Assembly (NCBI GenBank): GCA_020353195.1
Contig: CP070691.1
Location: 3,498,362-3,562,361 of the forward strand
Direction: 5' to 3'
Source: Phycisphaerales bacterium
Lineage (GTDB): Bacteria > Planctomycetota > Phycisphaerae > UBA1845
Length of the DNA: 64,000 nt
A program made the position numbers and the translations under genes. Positions 57,845 through 64,000 of the stretch are shown piece by piece. The notes beneath the pieces were generated by a model. That model saw only the letters and a list, made by a program, of their open reading frames with translations, ran no database searches and was not told the DNA's origin. The number at the start of each line of letters is the position of its first letter. Within the stretch, counting starts at the first letter, position 1.

Positions 57845-58078
57845 TCAGGGTTGGGCAACCTCACCGGGAGCCGGCACACTCGGGGCCGACGGGGCACGCT
57901 CCTGTGGCCAACGGTTAACCGTCAGCAGTACCAGCAGCGACGGAATGAGAATGAGAAACACCAGTATCAGGATCGCGATGATCTTCGCCAACGGGCCGCG
58001 CCTCGGCTGGTATGTCCCGGTGAACTCGGCTTCGCTGTCCGGATCGTCCAGGGGCGGGTTGGGTTCGGAAGGAGGCAT
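57845..58078 (-). CDS. Small single-pass membrane protein (77 aa)
   Basis: Central hydrophobic helix IIAILILVFLILIPSLLVLLTV flanked by Pro-rich termini. No homology recognised. Confidence 0.4.
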   Translation of the reverse strand: MPPSEPNPPLDDPDSEAEFTGTYQPRRGPLAKIIAILILVFLILIPSLLVLLTVNRWPQERAPSAPSVPAPGEVAQP

Positions 58079-58278
58079 CGCACCACCCTCAAGGTACCCG
58101 CCATCGCCGGGACGGTCAAAGCCGACCGACCGCTATCCCGTCCCGACGAGCGCCCCCGGCAAGACGTGACGCGGCGCCGCGTGGTTTCTCATGTCCGACG
58201 GTTGCGGTTGCCCGCAGAGATTGATAGGCTGACACTCTGTACCACGGGTGAGCCGATGGGCTCGCGGACAGACCATCC

Positions 58279-58734
58279 ATGAAGCTGACCGAGATCCTTC
58301 CCAGAGACTGCATTCGCGTCGTCTTGCAGGCCAAGGACAAGACTCAGGCCATCACCGAGCTTGTGGAACTGTTGGCCGAGGGAAACCACGTCACGAACCG
58401 GGATGAAGTGCTCCGGGCGGTCCTGGACCGCGAAGCCACACGCCCCACCGCCGTGGGCCACGGATTGGCTGTCCCCCATGGGAAATGCGCGGGAAGCCCC
58501 AAGCTGGTGATGGCCATCGGCCGACCGGCAGAGCCGATCGATTTCGGCAGCAAGGACGGTGAGCCGATCAACCTGATCGTTCTGGTCTGCAGTCCGGCCG
58601 ACCAAACCGGCCCGCACATCCAGGCGCTGGCGCGGATCGCACGCCTGATCCTGATCGAGAAATTCCGCAACGCCATCAATCAAGCCCAAACCGCTGACGA
58701 GATCTTCGAGATCATCGCTCGTCACGAAACCTAA
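58279..58734 (+). CDS. ptsN: PTS EIIA type-2 / nitrogen regulatory protein PtsN-like
   Basis: N-terminus MKLTEILPRDCI, phosphorylatable His context TAVGHGLAVPHGK, and about 150 aa. Confidence 0.85.
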   Translation: MKLTEILPRDCIRVVLQAKDKTQAITELVELLAEGNHVTNRDEVLRAVLDREATRPTAVGHGLAVPHGKCAGSPKLVMAIGRPAEPIDFGSKDGEPINLIVLVCSPADQTGPHIQALARIARLILIEKFRNAINQAQTADEIFEIIARHET

Positions 58735-59074
58735 GACCCGCGCGACCGCACACCTTACTGCCGCGAGCGCGTCACCAACCTTCCAGGAGGCTTCGTCGCC
58801 GCCTCGGCGCAGGCATCGATGCCGGGAATCTCGAGCCCGCCGCCCGCCGCTTCCTTAGCCATTTGCGGGGTTTGACGTTAGGAGCTTCCAGAGACGAAAT
58901 ACTCGCCGGCTGACCCTCAACATATGGAAAAATCACAGGCGGATACTCCTCCATATTGTGTTTCGCTGGGGAGTTTTCCCTATAAGGCGAACACTGTGGT
59001 TTTCTAAAATGGGCGTGCGTAACTCCCTGTGCAGCAATGGCTTATAAAGTAGGCTGATTTTTCTGCAATATCCG

Positions 59075-59103
59075 TTTGACCTGGCTGCCATCTTGGGCTA
59101 TTC
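59075..59103 (+). promoter_or_regulatory. Candidate sigma70-type promoter for nrdJ (TTGACC-N17-TATTCA)
   Basis: Hexamers read directly from an AT-richer stretch, about 250 nt upstream of the nrdJ ATG. Confidence 0.3.
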
Positions 59104-59112
59104 ATTAACTTG

Positions 59113-59128
59113 CCCACAAGATGTGGTG
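59113..59128. promoter_or_regulatory. NrdR-box-like 16-mer CCACAAGATGTGGTGT
   Basis: 12 of 16 matches, by my hand count, to the published NrdR-box consensus acaCwAtATaTwGtgt. It lies just downstream of the candidate -10. No convincing second box at the usual phasing, and no nrdR in the window. Confidence 0.25.
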
Positions 59129-59355
59129 TGTTTCAGTTCGATCCACCCAGTTGCACAAGTGCAGGTTGGTTGAAGCATGGCTGGACTCGTGGTGGGGATA
59201 ATTTGCGCGGCGCAGCGACCCCGCGAGTGTCGCAGACCGTGCGCGCGAGCGCGGCGCGATTGACGAACTTGACGAAGCTAGCGCGGCCCGGGTTGCAGAC
59301 ACCGGGTCGCTGAACCGATCGGCGCGGTTTTGGTTACCGGTGGAAGGCGTGGACG

Positions 59356-62013
59356 ATGTCAGTGGTTTCATCAGTTGATCAGGCATGCGCGGAGCTCGAC
59401 GACCAAGCGGGATCCGAGACGTGCTTGACGCCCAACGCGGTCCGGGTCTTGCAGGCCCGCTACCTCAAGAAGGACGAGGCCGGGCAGTGCGTCGAGGAGC
59501 CGCGTGATTTGTTCCGGCGGGTCGCCGCCGCCGTTGCCGACGCGGAGATGCTCCACGACGACGACGCGGCCAACCGCAGCGAGTGGGAGAACCGCTTCTA
59601 TGATCTGATGGCGAGCTGCCGCTTCATGCCCAACAGCCCGACCCTGATGAACGCCGGGCGCGACATGGGCATGCTCAGCGCGTGCTTCGTTCTTCCCGTG
59701 GGCGACAGCATTGATGAGATTTTCGATTCCATCAAACACACGGCTCTGATACAGAAAGCCGGCGGTGGAACCGGTTTCGCGTTTGACCGTCTGCGCCCCA
59801 CCGGTGACTACATCCGCAGTTCCGGGGGAACGACCAGCGGCCCCATCAGTTTCTGGCGGGCGTTCAGCGAAGCCACCAACGCCATTCAGCAAGGCGCCTT
59901 CCGCCGCGGCGCGAACATGGGGATGATGTACATCCATCACCCGGACATCCTCAAGTTCCTCCACGCCAAACAGGATGTGACGCAGTTCACGAACTACAAC
60001 ATCTCCGTGAAGGTCACTGACGAATGGATGGAGGCGTTTCGCCGTGATCCTGACGGCGTACATCTCGTCAAGAACCCGCGGACCTCTGAGACGTACTGCA
60101 TTCCCCGCGACGTGGACGTGATGACGTATCCCATCCAGTCCCTGGTGCCGGCGCCCCACGCGCAAACCGACTCCGGCGAGTTCTACACCCGCCGCGACAT
60201 CTGGGACATCCTCATCCGCAACGCCTGGCAAACCGGTGAGCCCGGCGTCGTGTTCATCGACCGGATCAACGAGCACAACCCCACCCCGCACGTGGGGCGG
60301 ATCGAGGCCACCAACCCCTGCGGAGAGCAGCCACTGTTGGACTACGAGGCCTGCAACCTCGGCAGCGTCAACGTCGGCCGCTTCATCACGAATCCGGGTA
60401 CACCCGAAGCGGATGTAGACTGGGACGCCCTGGGCAATACCGTCGATGAGTGCGTTCGGTTCCTCGACAACGTCATCGATATCAACAGGTACCCGTTGAA
60501 GCAGATCGACGCGGCCTGCAAAGCCAACCGCAAGATCGGGTTGGGCGTTATGGGATTTGCCGACGCCTTGTACATGCTTGGCGCCGGATACAACACCGAT
60601 GCCGGTATCGACTGGGGCCGACGGCTCATGCAGTTCATCAACGAGCGGGCCCACACGTACAGTTCGGCACTGGCCCAAAGCCGAGGCAACTTCCCCAACT
60701 GGCAGGGCAGCACGTGGGATACGGTCCACCACCGCCCCATGCGCAATGCATGCTGCACGACGGTGGCGCCGACCGGCACCATAAGCATCATCGCCGGCTG
60801 CTCCTGCGGAATCGAACCTCTGTTCGCCCTGGTGTTCAAGCGGAACGTGCTGCGAGAACAGGGCCGCAAGGTCGCACCCATGACGGAGGTGAATCCGATC
60901 TTCGAACGGGTGATGCGGGAGCAGGGGCGCTACGCGGAAGACCTGATGGAGCGCATCGCGAGAGACGGCTCCATCGCCCAAATGGACGAACTGCCCGAGC
61001 CGACGCGGCGCGTGTTCACGACCGCCCACGACATCACGCCGGAATGGCACGTGCGGATGCAGGCGGCCTTCCAGGAGCACTGCGATGCGGCCATCTCCAA
61101 AACGATCAACTTCCCGACCGACGCGACGCCGCAGAGCGTCGACACGATCTATCAAATGAGCTATGACCTGCGCTGCAAAGGCGTCACCGTGTATCGCGAC
61201 GGCTGCCGGGAGGCCCAGCCCATGTGCCTGGAGGAGACGCAAGGGCACGGCCAAGACGACGGGCAAGACGCACCCACACCTGTCTCTGAGCAAGCCCACC
61301 GCGTGCCGAAGGACCTTCCAGAGGTGACCAGCAGTCTGCGACTGCGGCAGATGACGCCGTTCGGCAACATGCACGTCCACATCACCGTCGACCCGGGAAC
61401 GCAGCGGGAGCTGGAGGTCTTCGCGCAACTCGGCAAGGGCGGTGACCTGGCGTGCAGCGACCTCGAGGCGATCTGCCGCATGGTGAGCCTCTGGTTGCGG
61501 TCCGGCGGACGCCTCCAGGACGTCATCCAGCAGCTGGAGGGGATCGGGTCGAGCCTCCAAGTGTCCACCAAGGACGGTCGGATTATGAGCCTGCCCGACG
61601 GATTGGCCCGTTCGCTGATCAAGTACTCGTGGGCGAAGAGCCGATTCGGGCTGCAGGACCTGCTGCTCGGCAATTACTCGATCGACGATCTGGGCGGCGC
61701 GTTGCGCGGCGAGGCCCTGATGCCGAATACGTCAAAGGGCGGCAACGGGCACGGCAAAGGCAAGGGTAACGGCGACGGCAGCGGTGACGGCGGCGGTGAC
61801 GGAAATGGCGACGGAAACGGAAAAGGAAACGGGTCCAAAACTGGCAGCGCCCGTCGTGGTGAGGCGGGCTTGGCCACTACGGCAGCACCGCTGCTGGGCA
61901 GGCGCCTGAACCAGGAGGAGCTGTTCAAGACCGTCTGCCCGGTCTGCGGCGACAAGATCCGACATGCCGAAGGGTGCCAAGGGTGCGAAAGTTGTGGCTG
62001 GGCCCGGTGTTAG
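59356..62013 (+). CDS. nrdJ: Adenosylcobalamin-dependent ribonucleoside-diphosphate/triphosphate reductase (class II RNR)
   Basis: LQARYL, PNSPTLMNAG, ACFVLP, active-site NPCGEQPL, TVAPTGTIS and KTINFP, with a C-terminal CxxC...CxxCxxC tail. Confidence 0.93.
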   Translation: MSVVSSVDQACAELDDQAGSETCLTPNAVRVLQARYLKKDEAGQCVEEPRDLFRRVAAAVADAEMLHDDDAANRSEWENRFYDLMASCRFMPNSPTLMNAGRDMGMLSACFVLPVGDSIDEIFDSIKHTALIQKAGGGTGFAFDRLRPTGDYIRSSGGTTSGPISFWRAFSEATNAIQQGAFRRGANMGMMYIHHPDILKFLHAKQDVTQFTNYNISVKVTDEWMEAFRRDPDGVHLVKNPRTSETYCIPRDVDVMTYPIQSLVPAPHAQTDSGEFYTRRDIWDILIRNAWQTGEPGVVFIDRINEHNPTPHVGRIEATNPCGEQPLLDYEACNLGSVNVGRFITNPGTPEADVDWDALGNTVDECVRFLDNVIDINRYPLKQIDAACKANRKIGLGVMGFADALYMLGAGYNTDAGIDWGRRLMQFINERAHTYSSALAQSRGNFPNWQGSTWDTVHHRPMRNACCTTVAPTGTISIIAGCSCGIEPLFALVFKRNVLREQGRKVAPMTEVNPIFERVMREQGRYAEDLMERIARDGSIAQMDELPEPTRRVFTTAHDITPEWHVRMQAAFQEHCDAAISKTINFPTDATPQSVDTIYQMSYDLRCKGVTVYRDGCREAQPMCLEETQGHGQDDGQDAPTPVSEQAHRVPKDLPEVTSSLRLRQMTPFGNMHVHITVDPGTQRELEVFAQLGKGGDLACSDLEAICRMVSLWLRSGGRLQDVIQQLEGIGSSLQVSTKDGRIMSLPDGLARSLIKYSWAKSRFGLQDLLLGNYSIDDLGGALRGEALMPNTSKGGNGHGKGKGNGDGSGDGGGDGNGDGNGKGNGSKTGSARRGEAGLATTAAPLLGRRLNQEELFKTVCPVCGDKIRHAEGCQGCESCGWARC
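61734..61835 (+). repeat. Low-complexity GGN/GAC/AAN repeat encoding KGGNGHGKGKGNGDGSGDGGGDGNGDGNGKGNGS inside nrdJ
   Basis: Read directly. It lies between the RNR core and the Cys-rich C-terminal tail. Confidence 0.8.
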
Positions 62014-62135
62014 GACCGGGCCGACCAGCGGCGGAGTTGAAGAAATTTGTCCAATTCTTGCGGAATTCGGGTATCGGACGGCGTAAAATCCCCTGGAAGG
62101 GGTAAGAATCCCGGGCTGATACGCCGATAGTACTA

Positions 62136-62293
62136 TTGACAGCGGCGGAGGATACGGTAGGTTTCCAGCCCCTTGTCGCAGAGTTGAATCATCGGAGGGA
62201 ACGCGCGCGAGCGCTGGGTGGGACCGTTAGATCGGCTTCTTTCCCCTCCGGAAAGCACCGTTGACGCCTTCGGGCTCGCGGTGCTTTCTTTTT
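62136..62293 (+). ncRNA. Candidate small RNA or long nrdJ 3' UTR element, bounded by a promoter-like TTGACA-N16-TAGGTT and a strong intrinsic terminator
   Basis: -35 at 62136-62141 and -10 at 62158-62163. There is an internal GGAGGGAA / TTCCCCTCC pairing and a terminator at 62251-62293. I recognised no Rfam family. Confidence 0.3.
62251..62293 (+). terminator. Rho-independent terminator (10-bp stem GAAAGCACCG / CGGTGCTTTC, inner GCC-TTCG-GGC, TTTTT tail)
   Basis: A perfect 10-bp inverted repeat with a UUCG-capped inner helix, followed immediately by five T. About 240 nt downstream of the nrdJ stop. Confidence 0.6.
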
Positions 62294-62502
62294 ACCGCGC
62301 GCGACGCGACGCGCGTCCGACATCCGTCCACCGTGCTCCCCCCGCTCACAATAGTGGAATTACAGCTCCACTGAATACAGGGTCCGGTGGTCGCCAATCC
62401 GGCTGTCACCGGTCTGAAGGACGGGGACTGCTTGTCAGGCGCGGGACGGCCGGACTGCGTGCCGAATCCAAGCCGCTGTTGCGGGTCGGTCGGCCTCGCC
62501 CC

Positions 62503-62530
62503 TTGCCACCGGCGGCCGGCCGCGTATACT
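62503..62530 (+). promoter_or_regulatory. Candidate sigma70-type promoter of the rpsP operon (TTGCCA-N16-TATACT)
   Basis: Hexamers read directly, about 75 nt upstream of the rpsP GTG. GAGGAGG RBS lies 5 nt before the start. Confidence 0.35.
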
Positions 62531-62605
62531 GGCCGGATTATATGTTGTTGGGCCGGCAGCTCCTGCCCAACGCCGGCGGGTTTGTGATCTCGTGAGGAGG
62601 TACGT

Positions 62606-62857
62606 GTGGCCGTCAGGCTGAGACTGAAACGATTTGGGCGACGGCATCGTCCGTGCTATCGGGTCACGGCGATGGACAGCCGGAATGCCCGCGATGGCCG
62701 GGTGATCGAGGAGTTGGGATTGTATCAGCCGATCTCCCACGATCCCGAGAAGCAGGTTGTGCTCAACCGGGAACGCATCGAGTATTGGCTGAGCGTCGGC
62801 GCCCAACCGAGTGACACGGTCCGAAGCCTCTTGAAGCAGCAGGGGATCGGTAGCTAG
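62606..62857 (+). CDS. rpsP: 30S ribosomal protein S16
   Basis: MAVRLRLKRFGRRHRPCYRVTAMDSRNARDGR is the canonical S16 N-terminus. GTG start with a strong SD. Confidence 0.95.
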   Translation: MAVRLRLKRFGRRHRPCYRVTAMDSRNARDGRVIEELGLYQPISHDPEKQVVLNRERIEYWLSVGAQPSDTVRSLLKQQGIGS

Positions 62858-62938
62858 GAAGGCCGGGGCGATCGATGCGTTGGTCGGCGGCGCGGCGGTT
62901 CGGTCGCCGGGCTGGGATGTTTTGCGGGCCGGCAGCTT

Positions 62939-63634
62939 ATGCGCATCGACGTGCTGACCCTGTTTCCGGAAGTGTTCGGTCCGCTCGTCAGATCGAGCAT
63001 CATAGGCAGAGCCGTCGAATCCGGCACCGTTGAGATCGGGCTGACGAACTATCGCGATTTCGCCCACGATCGTCACCGTAGTGTGGACGATAGTCCGTTC
63101 GGGGGCGGCCCGGGAATGGTGATGATGTGTGGACCCGTGTTCGACGCCGTCGAGCACGTGTGCGCGGCACGGCAAGGAAGCCCCACGAGAATCCTGCTGA
63201 CTCCGCAGGGAGAACGTTTTACACAGACCGTCGCCCGCGACCTGGCATCGTTGGACTGGTTGGCCCTTCTCTGCGGGCATTACGAGGGCTTCGACGAGCG
63301 GATTCGCATCGGTCTGAATGCCAGAGAACTGTCGGTCGGCGATTACGTTCTCTCAGGCGGCGAACCGGCGGCGATGGTCGTGATGGACGCAGTCGTTCGC
63401 CTGTTGCCCGGCGCACTGGGGCACGAGCACTCGGCCGCGGACGACTCGTTCTCGGAGGGGCTGTTGGAGTATCCGCAGTACACGCGCCCCCGCGAGTACC
63501 GCGGGATGGCCGTGCCCGACGTCCTGCTCTCCGGCGATCACGCTAGGATCGCAGCCTGGCGACGGGAACAGGCGATCCGACGGACCCGTGCCCGCCGGCC
63601 TGACCTGTTGGCCGATAGCGCCGACTTCGAGTAG
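62939..63634 (+). CDS. trmD: tRNA (guanine37-N1)-methyltransferase
   Basis: [44 protein letters not shown] and YPQYTRP. Confidence 0.95.
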   Translation: MRIDVLTLFPEVFGPLVRSSIIGRAVESGTVEIGLTNYRDFAHDRHRSVDDSPFGGGPGMVMMCGPVFDAVEHVCAARQGSPTRILLTPQGERFTQTVARDLASLDWLALLCGHYEGFDERIRIGLNARELSVGDYVLSGGEPAAMVVMDAVVRLLPGALGHEHSAADDSFSEGLLEYPQYTRPREYRGMAVPDVLLSGDHARIAAWRREQAIRRTRARRPDLLADSADFE

Positions 63635-63746
63635 ACTTCGGTGGAACCCGAACCGGTTTGACCGAGATTGTACCGACAGCAAGCGTGGCAGCGGTCCCGC
63701 CGGAGACCCGGTGAGTGGACCTCCGACGCCGAGCGAGAGGGTAGCC

Positions 63747-64000
63747 ATGAGTTCAGAGTTGATCGACATCGCGGAGCAGGCCTGCCTCAAGAGCAGCGTG
63801 CCGGAGTTTCACATCGGGGACACGGTGGACGTGACCTGCCGGATCATCGAAGGCGGGCGGGAACGTATGCAGGTGTTTAACGGTACGGTCATTGCCCGAC
63901 GAGGCCGGGGGATCAATGAGACCTTCACCGTGCGCCGGATCGTGAACAATGAGGGGGTCGAGCGCGTGTTCATGCTCCACTCGCCGCTCGTCGCCGACAT
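63747..64000 (+). CDS. rplS: 50S ribosomal protein L19 (3' end beyond window)
   Basis: My own translation is MSSELIDIAEQACLKSSVPEFHIGDTVDVTCRIIEGGRERMQVFNGTVIARRGRGINETFTVRRIVNNEGVERVFMLHSPLVAD, colinear with E. coli L19. It is absent from the ORF track because no stop falls in the window. Confidence 0.9.
   Translation, partial: MSSELIDIAEQACLKSSVPEFHIGDTVDVTCRIIEGGRERMQVFNGTVIARRGRGINETFTVRRIVNNEGVERVFMLHSPLVAD

Noticed and set aside
59129-59150. tRNA-like T-loop sequence GTTCGATCC.
   Set aside because: No complementary T-stem arms, acceptor stem or anticodon arm can be drawn around it.
58735-59355. Cobalamin riboswitch in the long leader of the B12-dependent RNR gene.
   Set aside because: No B12-box (GCCACTG-like) is visible. 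B12 riboswitches usually control B12-independent isozymes rather than nrdJ.
62380-62480. SRP (4.5S) RNA suspected upstream of rpsP because of GGTCTGAAGGACGGGGACTGC, which resembles the domain IV GGUCCGGAAGGAAGCAGC.
   Set aside because: The conserved GGAA tetraloop context and the GGAAGCAGC motif are absent, and I could not draw the characteristic helix 8. A covariance-model scan would be needed.
62218-62595. 125-aa ORF in the nrdJ-rpsP spacer.
   Set aside because: The translation is Arg/Pro/Gly-rich and runs straight through a strong intrinsic terminator and the predicted rpsP promoter. It has no RBS and no motifs.
1-64000. CRISPR arrays, transposases, integrases, prophage or plasmid modules, rRNA and tRNA genes.
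   Set aside because: No regularly spaced direct repeats, no recombinase or transposase motifs in any credible ORF, and no tRNA cloverleaf in the intergenic regions I inspected. Visual inspection cannot exclude short elements, so tRNAscan-SE, Infernal and CRISPR finders should be run to confirm.

Overview
High-GC (judged by eye, not computed) chromosomal segment. It contains about 47 supportable protein-coding genes, most of them housekeeping. I recognised no rRNA, tRNA, CRISPR array, transposase, integrase or prophage module. Cell-envelope content suggests a Planctomycetota/Phycisphaerae-like organism, but this is inference only. The cues are a lamin-tail-domain giant protein with GACC...C modules, dockerin-like D-x-D-x-DG motifs, many small lipoproteins and poly-Gly linkers. 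Recognisable genes include a PBP4-family peptidase, pgsA, rimO, an orphan groES, queA, an LpxL-family acyltransferase and trxA. Further along are a Zn-ADH, a hemX-like gene abutting hemA, hemW, an FHA protein, an S9 peptidase, mtnA, a TrmJ-like methyltransferase and a cyclophilin. The right half holds addB-addA, aroC, a double-GNAT protein, an LmbE-like deacetylase, a CE4 deacetylase, an HtrA protease, tadA, ptsN, class II RNR nrdJ and rpsP-trmD-rplS (3' partial). The best candidate for an undescribed system is at 11.4-21.9 kb. It has three consecutive SPFH/band-7 paralogs, the first fused to a polytopic membrane domain. These are tightly linked to an ABC ATPase, two paralogous ABC-2 permeases (one divergent) and a 670-700 aa membrane-anchored protein of unknown function. 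No FtsH or NfeD partner is present. Secondary leads are a tandem trio of tiny secreted/lipoprotein genes (33.4-34.4 kb), one of them missing from the ORF track, and a beta-lactamase-fold/SMP-30 lactonase fusion. Others are an MshD/MshB-like GNAT+LmbE pair, a promoter-plus-terminator-bounded candidate sRNA between nrdJ and rpsP, and an AT-richer regulatory region upstream of nrdJ. Many long ORFs in the track are antisense or out-of-frame artefacts of the high GC content and were not called.
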